From contig OX597827.1 of NCBI GenBank assembly GCA_951406725.2, positions 71,672,001 to 71,736,000 on the forward strand: 64,000 nt of DNA. The letters are read 5' to 3'. The stretch's first letter is position 1. Every line of letters begins with the position of its first letter. Shown piece after piece: positions 15,181-27,712 of this stretch. The DNA comes from Octopus vulgaris. Its lineage: Eukaryota. The translations under genes were made by a program, and so were the position numbers. Under the pieces are notes generated by a model. The model had not been told where the DNA came from and did not search any database. It worked only from the letters and a program-made list of their open reading frames with translations.

Positions 15181-15702
15181 TGAATGCTGAATGTGTTTGT
15201 GGTGTAGTTACATATACATAAACAATTTAGCATTGAATTATATGTTGTCCCTCCCTGTTTCAGTCACTGGATTGTGGCGGCCTTAGAGAGACATCACCGC
15301 CAGAGATTTACATATGGAAAAGAATAAAACAAGAAAGACAGAGAACGCCCGAGGAGAGAGAGAAAGGCTGAGAGAGAGGAGTGAGGGAGAGAGGAACAGA
15401 CAAACCGACAGCTCGACAGAAATGGCAGATATGAAACTGTGTGCTGCGAGAATCGATCCATGATTTTGTTGCAAGTCGCTTTCTGTTCCGTCCATTTCCA
15501 GATGGTTGCAGTCTGTGGACCTGGACAGAGGTCATTCATCAATAAACTTATCTAAATGAGTTCAGGCTTAACGTAAATGGTCAGGCGGTAAGAGTCAGCG
15601 TCCATCTAATAATATGGCCGCCGTTTGTAAAGAAAGCTGTATATGCACTCGATCACAGGCATACCAACAGCCGCGCGTGCGTAGTCCCAGGTACATAGTT
15701 GA

Positions 15703-15750
<48 letters not shown>

Positions 15751-15885
15751 CTATATCTATATCTATATCTCGAAGCACACATAAAACTACGTCATGTAAA
15801 TATTGAGCTGAAGAACTCTTTCGTCCTTTTGGATACGAAAATACCAACCTGTAAGTTTTCTATTCAAAAGAATTTTTCAACTCTA

Positions 15886-15942
<57 letters not shown>

Positions 15943-15952
15943 CAGCAGCAGC

Positions 15953-15987
<35 letters not shown>

Positions 15988-16027
15988 CAGTAGTAGTAGC
16001 AGTAGTAGTAGCAGCAGTAGTAGTAGC

Positions 16028-16058
<31 letters not shown>

Positions 16059-16170
16059 GTAGTATTAGTAGTTATATTATTATTATTATTATTATTAGTA
16101 GTAGTAGTAGTAGTAGTAGAAGTAGTAGTAGTAGTAGTTATTGTTGTAGTTATTGTAGTTGCTGTTATTT
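15886..16170. repeat. (TAG)n/(CAG)n/(TAT)n microsatellite
   Basis: Direct reading. Confidence 0.97.
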
Positions 16171-16499
16171 ATTGTTTGACAGTTTCATTAGAGTGGTGGG
16201 CCAGTGGTGGGCCAGTGGTGGGCCAGTGGTGGTGAGCTGGTGTTTGTTCCGAGTCCAATCACGCTGCGGCCAAGCTTTGTCTTTTATCCTTTCAAGGTCG
16301 TTAAAACGAAGTCCCAGTCAAATAACGAAAAAAAATCAATATAATAGTCTAACACAGCCACTTAACGTCTTGTTGGCGCATGCGCATTGGGGATTTACAG
16401 GTGCGCGAAGCTGTAACAAAACTTTTTTTATGATGTAATCAGCGATCAGCTCGCATATTAGAACCGAGATGTCAGTGTAATTAATTGCTGATTCCACTC

Positions 16500-16540
16500 C
16501 TTCGCTGATGAAGGTATCCTTGCCCGAAATATCAAGCCTC
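16500..16540 (+). ncRNA. Degenerate minimal hammerhead ribozyme motif (probable Penelope-like terminal repeat relic)
   Basis: CTGATGA-a-GGTA(tcct)TGCC-c-GAAA-ta-TC; stem I is poor; downstream sequence resembles that after the 60732 motif. Confidence 0.45.
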
Positions 16541-16901
16541 TATTCTTCCTTCTAGCAAGCCAAATTAATTCACTAACTTATTGAAGTGTTTATAATTAAC
16601 AGATAATGGTCGCCTCGATTAATTTCTCTATGCTGACATTCAAACGCTACCAATAATGCGCCTGGGGAAAGGCCAAATCAGAAAAACCAAGATCCAGTTC
16701 ACCTCTTTCTTCCCTCTCCATCTTCCCGTTCTTCCGTTTTCTCCTCCTGGTGAACAAAAGGCGGAAACTTCCACTAGATTTCCAATGATTTGTTGGCTTC
16801 GCTGGAGAGTTATTCATCCCTACCCCCCCTCACATCGCAAGAAATCTGAAACGGCAGTGCATCATTAAGATTTGCTCAGCCTATACATGCCTGTCTGTCT
16901 A

Positions 16902-16984
<83 letters not shown>

Positions 16985-17153
16985 GTCTGCCTCTCTATCT
17001 ATCTATATGTGTGTGTATAAATACATATATAGATGTATATATAGACACACACACACACACCCACACACATATATATATATACATATACAAATATATGTAT
17101 ACATATATACAAACATATATATATATATACATAAACATACTTATATCTATCTA

Positions 17154-17266
<113 letters not shown>

Positions 17267-18150
17267 CATATATATATACATACATATATATACATATACG
17301 TATAAATATACATATATATATATATATAAAGTTTTATATATAATATAACGGTATATATATATAAGATATATACAGATATATATATACATATATAAACTTA
17401 AGTAACATACACATGAATGTGGGCGTGTGTGTGTGTGTGTGTAAAGGTATTCTATATTGTTTTCATGTTTATTTGTTAGTTATTTTGAAGTTTTCTTTAA
17501 ATTAGAAACTTTTTTCCTGGCCTCCATCTTTATCATTATTTGCTTTTAATTTGCATCCATTCTCAACTTTCTGTCTCTCTATCCGTCTTCTCCCGCAAAT
17601 ACACGCGAGCGCGCGCACAGACACAACTCTACATGCAAACGGACATAGATGCGCACATACATATATACACATGCATGCACACAAACGGTCATACACACAC
17701 GATTACGCATACACATGCACACTCTCACATACAAACACACATACTCACGCACACACACATATATACATATAGAGAGTCAAATACATACATAAATACATGT
17801 ATAGATGCATATATGCAGAAATATATATATGCATATATATATATATACATGCATATATGCATATATGTGTGTGTATACATATATATATACATGCACATAT
17901 ATATATATATATACACACACCCACACTCATACACACACATATATATATATGCATATATATTTATATATAGACACTCATACACACATATATATATATACAT
18001 ACACACACACATATATATACATACACTCATACACACAAACAGCTATATATATATATATACATATATATACACACACACATATATACCCTTGTATATACAC
18101 ACACACACTCAAACACTCAAACACACACACATATATATACATACACTCAT

Positions 18151-18217
<67 letters not shown>

Positions 18218-19032
18218 TATACACACACACACACACATACACACATATATACCCTTATATATACACACACACATACTTAAATACACACGTATTTACATAC
18301 TTTTTGTGGTATAATTACTTCGATTTATATTAAATTATTTATTAATTTATTGGTTTTTACTGAAGCTTTTAATTCAATTTAAATTGACTTCCTTCTTTCC
18401 CGTCCCTTTATTCATCTCCCTCTCCCCCCCCCCGTCCGACCCCCACTTTCGCGTTTTGCTCTTATTTTCCAGTAATTCATTAAATTCTGGGGTGTAGCGG
18501 AATATTTTATCGTATTTTATTTAACTTTTTTCTATTTATAATTATTTAATTTTATTTTACAATTTATTTATTTTTTTTACTTTGTTCTATTTTATTTCTA
18601 TTTTATTTTATTTCTTCTTGGTTTCGGTTCTATTTTTTTCTGGTGTTTTTTTTTCTGCTTGTTTTAATATTTTTTTTTTAAAGTTAGGGTCGGGTTAGGG
18701 TAGGTTGGTAGTTTTTTTTTTGTAGTTTATTTAATGTTGTTGTTGTTGTTTTGGGTGAGGTGAGTGTATGTTTTTCTTTATATTTTATTATATATTTAAA
18801 ATTTTAGGGTTTTATTTTATTTTACTAAGTATTCCTCCCCCATTCCCCCACCGCAGGTCCTATTGCATTGTAAATGAGTTTCATTGTTGTTGCTGTTGTT
18901 GTTTTTGTTGCTGCGTTGAAAAATGTTTTTTTTTTATTTTATCTATTTTTATTTATTTCAGAATTTTTTTTTTCAAAACTTTTGATTCTTATTCCAATTA
19001 GGTCTTCTTTAAATTATCTAGTTAGAGCGACG

Positions 19033-19391
19033 GCGGTGGTGGTGATGGTAATGGTGGTGGCGGTGGTGGTAGTGGTGGTGTTGGTGGCGGTGATGGTGGT
19101 AATGGTGGTAGTGGTAGTGGTGGTGGTGGTGGTGGTAGTGGTGGTGGTGGTGGTAGTGGTGGTTGTGGTAATGGGGGTAGTGGTAGTGGTGGTGGTGGTG
19201 GTAGTGGTGGTGGTAGTGGTGGTGGTGGTGGTAGTGTTGGTGGTGGTGGTAGTGCTGGTGGTGATGGTAATGGTGGTGGTGGTGGTAATGGTGGTTGTGG
19301 TGGTGGTGGTAGTGCTGGTGGTAGTGGTAATGGTGGTGGTGGTAATGGTGGTGGTGGTGGTGGTAGTGGTGGTGGTGGTAGTGGTGGTGGA
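19033..19391. repeat. (GGT)n imperfect microsatellite
   Basis: Direct reading; source of the poly-P/H/V ORFs. Confidence 0.97.
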
Positions 19392-20007
19392 TTAGGGGAA
19401 AGGTGATGCACCAGCATGGCCGCAAAACATGGGTTGTAATCAGTAAAAGAATAAAAGTGAAAAATAAGAAGAAAACGAAAAATATTAGATAAGGAAAAAA
19501 AGCAAAAGTATTAAAATACCCAGAAAAAAAGACGTAACGAGAAAAGGGACATCCCCATCACTTACCCCAAAAATCAGACCCAACATTAAAACACTATAGA
19601 CCAGAAAATATAAAAAACACTAAAACAAAAGAGCTTCAAACGTAAAATTTTGTTGTCTTGAAATTGGCTTCTTTAAGGATTTAGTAGCTTTTATTTTATT
19701 TTTTATTTTTAAATCGGCATGGCTGGGTGGTTTTGGGTTCAGACACATTGCAATACTTTTGTCTTGGCGGGTGGGTGGGTGGGGGGGGGCTATTCAAAAT
19801 GGCCGAAATCAGTCTGGTTTGCTCGATGGTCGCTTCTGGGACAAATTTCTCTTTCTCTCTCTCTTTCTTTCTCTATCTCTTTCTTTCTCTCTCTCTCTCG
19901 TTCTCTCTCTCTCTCTCCAGATCCATAAGAACGTAAAATGCCTGAATATATGCAGCAAGGCATTTTGTCTGATGCTGTAACGATTCTGCCAAGTCAACCA
20001 CACTAAA

Positions 20008-20016
20008 CAATAATAA

Positions 20017-20066
<50 letters not shown>

Positions 20067-20101
20067 ATAATAATAATAATAATAATAGCAATAATAATAA
20101 C

Positions 20102-20136
<35 letters not shown>

Positions 20137-20212
20137 TAACAATAATAATAACAATAATAATAATAATAATAGCAATAATAATAATAATAGCAATAATAAT
20201 AATAATAATAAC

Positions 20213-20274
<62 letters not shown>

Positions 20275-20302
20275 TAATAATAATAATAATAATAATAACA
20301 AC

Positions 20303-20374
<72 letters not shown>
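20008..20374. repeat. (TAG)n + (AAT)n microsatellite, 5' flank of a Dong-like insertion
   Basis: Direct reading. Confidence 0.97.
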
Positions 20375-20376
<2 letters not shown>

Positions 20377-21120
20377 TTGATTTGGAATAGAACCTGGCAA
20401 TGGGTGCAGAAAGGAGACTTAAAAGAGTCCACTGAGGCATTAGTGTGCAGCGCTCAAGAACAAGCTCTCAGAACAAACTACTCCAAATTTCACATTGCTA
20501 AAAGCACTGACTCGCCACAGTGTAGGATGTGCTCTGAGAAGGGAGAACGTGTATGCTACATTGTTAATGAGTGCTGTAAGCTTGTACAACGCGAATACAA
20601 AAGGTGACACGGCAACGTGGCCAGATATGTCCACTGGTTGTTGTGTGGGAAACGCAAACCTCGAGAGAGCAGAACAATGGTATGAACACAAGCAAGAGGG
20701 AGTAATGGAAAACGAACATTACAAAGTACTCTGGGATTTTAACATACAGTGCGACCAAGTCATAGAGGAGAGACGACCGGATATCGTGCTCATCCATAAA
20801 GATGAAAAAGAAGCAAAGATAATAGATGTTGCGATACCAGGCGATTCGAGGGTGAAATGTAAAGAAACAAAAAAGAGTGAGAAATATCAGCCATTAGGGG
20901 GACGAGATAAGAAAGTTATGGGACATGAGGAAAAGTGATGGTGATACTGGTGGTAATTGGAGCATTGGGAGCAGTTTCCAAGAGCTTTGAAAAACATATG
21001 AAGAATATTGGAGCTGCTGTCAAGCTCGAGGTAATCCAGAAGACAGCATTGTTGGGTTCAGCTCGCATTCTAAGGGGAGTATTGTCTCATTGAGTCACAG
21101 GAGAAGGCACTACCTTAAAA
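20375..21120 (+). mobile_element. 5'-truncated R4/Dong-type non-LTR retrotransposon (zinc knuckle region + PD-(D/E)xK RLE), disrupted
   Basis: WVQKGDLKESTEALVCSAQEQALRTN...CRMC...EC..L.QREYKR*H..VARYVHW...WYEH...VLWDFNIQCD...RRPDIVLI...IIDVAIPGD...K..KYQPL...VVIGALGAV...IQKTALLGSARILR; stop codon and frameshifts; (AAT)n on both sides. Confidence 0.93.
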
Positions 21121-21141
21121 ATAACAACAACAACAACAATA

Positions 21142-21187
<46 letters not shown>

Positions 21188-21334
21188 TTTTTTTTCTCTT
21201 ATAGGCACAAGGCCTGAAATTTTATGGGAGAGTGCTAGTACTCCACTGTTCAACTAGTACTTAATTTATCGACCCCAAAAGGATGAAAGGCAAAGTCGAT
21301 CCCAGCAGTATTTGAACTCAGAAAGTAAAGCCTT

Positions 21335-21873
21335 AATGCAGTACCATGCAGTGGACTTCGTGACTTCTGATCTGGAAGTGTTATCATGTACATGTCTTGT
21401 CTTGGTATAAAAGATGGGCTACAGCAAATATTCTGCTCATTATCACAGATTTGCCAGTCATTTGTTTGATTTCACCCAGTTGAGCGTGTGCCTTAGAGGC
21501 TGACGATATATGGATCTCTGATCACGAGCAGAAGTAGTGGTGGAGCATCATAGCCATATGTTGAGAGGAATTCTTTGAGGTTTGAATAATTCACCACTGG
21601 AAACATGGATGTTTCATTCATCATCCTTAAACAATTCTTATTCAGAGACCTTTTGAGTAGGATGGGCACCCGAGCTGCAGAAAATTCTAACTGGGCCCCA
21701 CCTGCAAGGTCATGCGTTGTTTATCTTAATATGAGGTCACCATGTCGTACACATATGTTTGTGATGCATATGCCTGGTGTACCCTTATCAGACGAGTAGT
21801 CATGATAGGTATACTGGGTTTCGTATATTTTACTTTGGTGTCATGCGCTGCTCCCAATTATTAATAATAATAA
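21335..21873 (+). mobile_element. Interspersed repeat ending in (AAT)n (LINE 3'UTR-like or non-autonomous retroposon); copies at 23107-23495 (+), 30276-30690 (-), 31423-31530 (+)
   Basis: Shared CCCTTAGTGGCTGACGATATGTGCATCTCTGATCACGAGCAGAAG...GTGTACCCTTATCAGACGGGTAGTCATG...CTCTCTCACTC(AAT)n. Confidence 0.85.
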
Positions 21874-22059
21874 TAGTGATGATGATGGTGGTGGTAGTGG
21901 TGGTGATGATGAATATTATCAATAATAATCGTTGTATGCAGAGATATAAATAAGGAAATATGCTGCACTTGATTTACAAAAGAAAATGATATGAGACTCA
22001 GAATAGTGAAAATCCGCCATTGTAACTTTGAAGAGAAGAAAATTAATTAAGAACATTAA

Positions 22060-22395
22060 TGTCATGCTAAGACAAAGAAAACCGAGATAAGAGAATTAGA
22101 CCAAGCACAGACTTATAAATATTTAGGATCAATGATATTCACAAAGTACAGTACGGTATATATACACATGAAAGGAAAGGTTAGGAAAGAATAGCATAGC
22201 GGTATTAGATTAATACTACAAACAGAGCTTAAATGAAGTAAATAATAAGGCAATAATATGGTAACTTTAGCTGTCCTGGTAATAAGTTATAGTTACATAT
22301 TATTCTCAATTGACTAGTAACCGACCAAGCAAGATTAGATCGGAAGATAATGAGTGCATTTAGAACACATCACGCAAAATCTGGCATAGATTATA
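22060..22395 (+). pseudogene. Degraded RT-end/thumb region of an R4/Dong-type element
   Basis: EIRELDQAQTYKYLG...MKGKVRKE...IRLILQTEL...LAVLVISYS...LDRK...THHAKSGID, with many stops and frameshifts. Confidence 0.7.
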
Positions 22396-22933
22396 TTCAT
22401 ATGTGGTGTATTTGTTATAACATCTATTGTGTTTAAGTGCTAACGATACATTCCTGTGGTGTAAACAATCTGTCGTGCTGGGGAAAGGGGATGGTAAAAG
22501 TGTGTGTGTGTGAGAGAGAGAAAGAGAGAAACAGACAGAGAGAGACAGAGAGAAAGAGACACTCAAATGAACACTAGTACGTGCACACATGCACACACAC
22601 ACTCATATACATACGAACGCTATTCGGGCGAACACACACACGCAGAATCACAGGCAACAATTAGCTGTGTGTGTGTGTATGTGTGCGTGCGTGCGTGCGT
22701 GCGTGTATGTGCTTATGTGAGCACGCTATTAGCGTTCGTATGAGTGGGAACTGAGAAAGAAAGTTATTTTTACTAAAAATATTCTTTATCCTCGAGTTAT
22801 AAATGGGTTAAATATTCCATCACGATAAGTTCACTCATTTATTGAATAAATTCGTCTACTCCATTTATTTTCTTCTGTCATGTATATATATTTATATATA
22901 CCGGAGTAAACACATAAATGTGAAACACGGTGG

Positions 22934-22999
22934 AAAATTCTAGCAAAAACTGTCCGACGAACGGGAACGTGAAACTCAGAGTAACAGGTTTTGTTGAAT
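22934..22999 (+). ncRNA. Type-I hammerhead ribozyme fold, U4C core variant, palindromic stem III
   Basis: ctgt-CCGACGA-ACG(GGAA)CGT-GAAA-CTC(A)GAG-TA-acag; stem I extends attc.agcaaaa.ctgt / acag.ttttgtt.gaat; predicted cleavage after A22983 (GUA). Confidence 0.75.
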
Positions 23000-23019
23000 G
23001 TTCTGCTGCTTTAAATAAA

Positions 23020-23111
<92 letters not shown>

Positions 23112-23493
23112 CTTGGTGGCTGACGATATGTGCATCTCTGATCACGAGCAGAAGTAATGTGGGAGCATCATGGCCATGTATTGAGAGGAATTATTTGGAG
23201 TATAGATAATTCATCTCTGGAAACATGGGTGTTTCATTCAACATCATTAAACAATTATTATTCAGAGACCTTTTGCGCAGGATGGACTGCTCAACCCGAA
23301 GAAAATTCTAACTGGGCCCCACCTGCAAGGTCATGCGCTGTTTATCTTGACGTAAGATCATCTTGTAGCGCACAAATGGTTGTGATGTATGTGCCTGGTG
23401 TATCCTTATCAGACGGGTAGTCATGATGGGTATACTGGGCTCCGTATATTTTACCCCAGTGTCACTTTGGTGGCATGCACTGCTCTCTCACTC

Positions 23494-23571
<78 letters not shown>

Positions 23572-23574
<3 letters not shown>

Positions 23575-24845
23575 GCTTTGGCCACGAACTCGCAAGATCA
23601 AGCTTTGGCCACGAACTGGAGGGTGAACCTTAGGAATGAGCAAGTGTCTCCGTTGTGCCGCATCTGTAATAGAGTGGATGAAACCATGGCTCATATCACG
23701 AACGAATGCCCTACGCTGGCCCCAAATCACTAAAAGTAGCGACACGACCAGGTAACAAAAGTGCTACATTGGAAACTGTGCAAAAAGTAGGGGCTAGAGA
23801 GGAGGCAAGACGTGGTATGAGCACAAACCGTAGAGAGTGGCGGAGTCGGAGACTAGCAACATATTCTGGGATTTCCCAATCCAAACAGATCCGGTGTTAG
23901 AGCATAACAGACTGGACCTGGTGGTGGTGGTGGTGGACAAGGTGCACCGCGTATTATTAAATTATTTAGATTGGACGGATATGAGTCCTCAACGTGTTTG
24001 TTATTACAATGGATGGAAGCACTCCGTCGGTTACGACGATGAGGGTCCCGGTTGATCCGAATCAACGGAACAGCCTGCTCGTGAAATTAACGTGTAAGTG
24101 GCTGAGCACTCCACAGACAAATGCACCCTTAACGTAGTTCTCGGGGATATTCAGCGTGACACAGAGAGTGACAAGGCCGGCCCCTTGAAATACAGGTACA
24201 ACAGAAACAGGAAGTAAGAGTGAGAGAAAGTTATGGTGAAAGAGTACAGCAGGGATCACCACCATCCCCTGCCGGAGCCTCGTGGAGCTTTTAGGTGTTT
24301 TCGCTCAATAAACACTCACAACGCCCGGTCTGGGAATCGAAACTGCGATCCTATGACCGCGAGTCCGCTGCCCTAACCACTGGGCCATTGCGCCTCCACT
24401 GTTATCACAAACAAGATGTGGTAACAGCAAATAAGATGAAGACACATATCCGTCCAATGTAAATAATGTAAATAATGTACAGAATAGAGCTGCACCACAT
24501 ATGCTATATAATTGATGATGCATGCACCATTGACCCACGAAGAGTCAAGAAGGAAGGCGTAAAGATACAATCCTCTTACGTACGAAATAGCCTGGCTATG
24601 AAAAATGAAGAAAGTAAAGATAGTGCCAATTAGAAGGCATGAAGAGGAATATAAAGGAAATTGAAATAGAGTGCTCAGTAGAACTGTTACAAGAGGTTTG
24701 CCTCCTTGGCACGGCCAGAATAATCAGGAATGAATTAGATAGCTGAAAAGAACGAATAGCATGGTACCGTAGGTTTCAGGTAGTAAGTCCGCTACGCATG
24801 CAAGATTCCAGGAGCTCTAACAAAACTTGAGATAAAGACAAAATA
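23572..24845 (+). mobile_element. Second 5'-truncated R4/Dong-type element, interrupted at ~23954-24490
   Basis: QDQALATN...SPLCRICNRVDETMAHITNECPTLA...RHDQV...WYEHKP...IFWDFPIQTD...NRLDLVVV.DKVHR|..CYIIDDAC..DPR...ELLQEVCLLGTARIIR; starts in (AAT)n and ends in AATAATAAT. Confidence 0.88.
24010..24399 (-). mobile_element. Full-length tRNA-derived SINE, head A + body X + tail T1, with 11-bp TSD
   Basis: A box TGGCCCAGTGG, B box GTTTCGATTCCC; TSD tgttatYacaa at 23999-24009 and 24400-24410. Confidence 0.9.
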
Positions 24846-25049
24846 ATAATAACATAGCTAACCTCCCACCACCACCACCACCACCACCACCACCACCACC
24901 ACCACCACCACCACCACCACCAAAAAAAAAGAGGCGATTTTCGATCTATCAGCCTACGATATGATAATCCATTCGAAGAACAAGGAAGCGGTGTCGTATC
25001 AAAAAGTCAACCCCGAACAAAAAACTCGTCTCATATTATCACCGTCAAT

Positions 25050-25805
25050 GTTTTAATTACATGCCAAAACTCATGCCGGATCGGTCATCGTTCGAGGCAA
25101 GGACCGCGCTACCCAGTGGGGAACCAGACTGGGGTCGAAAAAGTCTGCTACCGGAACAAGCTCTCAAAACAACGAACTACCAGGTAACCAGTCCCAGGAT
25201 AACCCTAAACCTGTAGTGATACCATCTAAAGCAAAGCGCATAAAATGGACTAGAGAGGATTATAGATATGTGTTGAAAGCTTTCTATACAGCCCAGCTAA
25301 ACCCAAACAATAAAATCATTGTACAAACATACACTTCATGGAGAAACATGGTAGGCAACGAAGTATGCAGATATATAGACGCATATGCAGATATATAGAC
25401 GGCTCAGAAGGTATGACAAAAGAATAACATTTTCTCGCCAAAACAATATATTCATGATGGATGCAAAAAACTTTTACAGGGAAATTGGCAAAAGCAAGAT
25501 AGAAGTAAAAGAGTCACCTAAGACTGAGGAAATGGAAGAGTTCTGGAAGAAGATATGGGGCAACAAAAACGAATATAATGCTGAAGCTCTGTGGATAGAA
25601 CGTGAAAAAGTGAGACTGGACGAAGTTGAAGAACAAAGATAGGATGCAAAAAGAGTAGAAGAGTTAAGATGTGTTCTTTGAAAGTCTCACAAATGGAAAA
25701 CCCCAAGACTGGACCGGATCCCTAATTTCTGGCTGAATTGTTTGACAGAAGTAAACCAACATTTTGCTGCATCCCTAACTGATGTCATCCAGAACCCAGA
25801 AATTG
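25050..25805 (+). pseudogene. N-terminal and pre-RT segments of an R4/Dong-type ORF, internally deleted
   Basis: KRIKWTREDYRYVLKAFY (N-terminal motif) fused to RRLRRY..R....QN..F....K.FYREI...EEFWKKIW...KSHKWKTPRLDRIPNFWL (RT region 0-like). Confidence 0.85.
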
Positions 25806-25834
25806 TTTGAATTTCTTTGAAATAAGAAATATAT

Positions 25835-27107
25835 GTTCACTGGGTTTGTAAAAGAGAGCAAAGCTACAGGAAACCAAAAGATGAATAATCACAATAAGCA
25901 GTCAGCTACAGTACCCTAGACGTTACCACTCCCAATGTATGATTCCTCACCATCAAGATGACAGGCACGGCCGTAAGATGCATTACGAATCTATAGCAAT
26001 TGGAAGGGCGTGACCCAACTGAAATAAACATTAACAACTGTCTGACGTGAGTGCTAAGGAGAAATGAAAGTTGGAGTTTGCAAATGACCACTATACTGAT
26101 ATGTAACTGGACAGAATAAATTTACAATCTATAAATGTCTTTGAATAACCAGTCACTCATCTGGGAAGGCCTTGAAATCAATGTTACCATCTGGAGATTA
26201 TGTGCGATCCAGTGATAATAAAAAGACTGAAAGTAGATCTGCAATCAAATAACTTTACTCGACACTTTGCAACTGAATCAGTGGAGGCAAAGATGCCTTT
26301 CATTTACTTGACAATTTATGCAGCACATTGCAGAAATCACAATGTAAGTGTATGCCAAAGCAAACTCTTACACTGTTGTACCATTGAATTACAAATAATG
26401 CGCATCTTCTATGCTCGGATGACCCCACAGCTTCCAAGAGTATAACTATTCGTCTTTGCTTAGATAAAATGGCAAAATTGTGGGTGTTAAGTCCCCATGG
26501 TGGGTTCTTTATAACTTGTAAGAAGATGAAATTTTATAAATATTACTTTATTTGTATCTAATATCTTTGGTTAAAATTTCATCAACAGCAAAAATATATG
26601 CATTGTCATGGGGGTTGTGGCCCTTATGCATAGAATATAATTTCCAAATTTCGTAAAGATCCTTTCAGTACTTTTGACTTAGTTTTGGATCATAAAAGAA
26701 ATGACTAAAATTTGGGAGTTAAGGCCCCCAGTTGGGTGTCTTAGAATCCTCATGTGAAGTGGAAACTTTGAGAATAATTCTTGATGTGTGTCAATTACCC
26801 ATAGTTAAAATTTCATCAACATCGAAAATTTATGAATTTCCTTGGGGGTTCTGATCCCTTTAAGCCATATGAAATTCAAACCAAACATATTGCATTATAC
26901 CCGTCCTTATGCATTGAATCTAAGTTTCAAATATCATAAGGATCCATTCAGTAATTTTGGTCCATGACGTATGAAACACACAGCATTACACTTCTCCCTA
27001 GGCTTGGATTTTGTGTTCCAAATTTCATTATGATCAGTGCAGCAATTTTCGAATGTATAAGTAATACACGAACACATAATGACATTGTCTTTGATATAAT
27101 AAATATG
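25835..27107 (+). mobile_element. Probable Helentron/HINE-like non-autonomous element with ~240-bp internal tandem subrepeats
   Basis: 26467-26690 and 26699-26960 are diverged tandem copies; the 3' end CCAAATTTCATTATGATC...TTTGATATAATAAATAT resembles HINE/Lep1-like ends; 5' boundary uncertain. Confidence 0.45.
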
Positions 27108-27116
27108 AATGTACAT

Positions 27117-27169
<53 letters not shown>

Positions 27170-27177
<8 letters not shown>

Positions 27178-27437
27178 AAGATAAATTAATAGATACAACT
27201 GAGTGGGCAAACAAAAATATGAGACACAGCGTAGTGGTTTTTTATGTTGATAACCCTGGTACTTATTCTATTAGTTTCTTCTTTTTGAAACTAGTAAGTT
27301 ATGGGGATGTAAATAAACGAAGAGCAGTTGTGAAGCAGTGATAAGGGTGAAACACAAAAACAAAGTCACACACATACACTTAAATATATACATACATATA
27401 TACACGATTGATTTGTTTAAGTTTCTGTCTACGAAAT

Positions 27438-27512
<75 letters not shown>

Positions 27513-27633
27513 ACGTGAGAATATATTCTCGTGACCGACCAGACCATCAGATGTTGTTACACATCGCTGGTCACAATGCGTTCGCATTGTTTTAGCCTTC
27601 GAATGACGCCACCCCGCTGGCTAAGCGAGCAGG

Positions 27634-27712
<79 letters not shown>

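Noticed and set aside
15502-15587. Candidate exon (TTTCCAG|ATG...GCG|GTAAGA)
   Set aside because: Stop codons in all three frames; at most a non-coding exon, with no support.
18684-18700. Interstitial telomere repeat
   Set aside because: Only two non-adjacent TTAGGG units.
19022-19417. Formin/extensin-like poly-proline ORF
   Set aside because: Translation of (CCA)n; no flanking domain or splice support.
24325-24399. tRNA gene (also 39699-39775 and 11730-11808)
   Set aside because: A and B boxes are present but there is no closed acceptor stem, and each continues into a SINE body.
25075-25145. HDV-like ribozyme at the 5' end of the Dong fragment
   Set aside because: GC-rich, but I could not build the nested double pseudoknot by eye.
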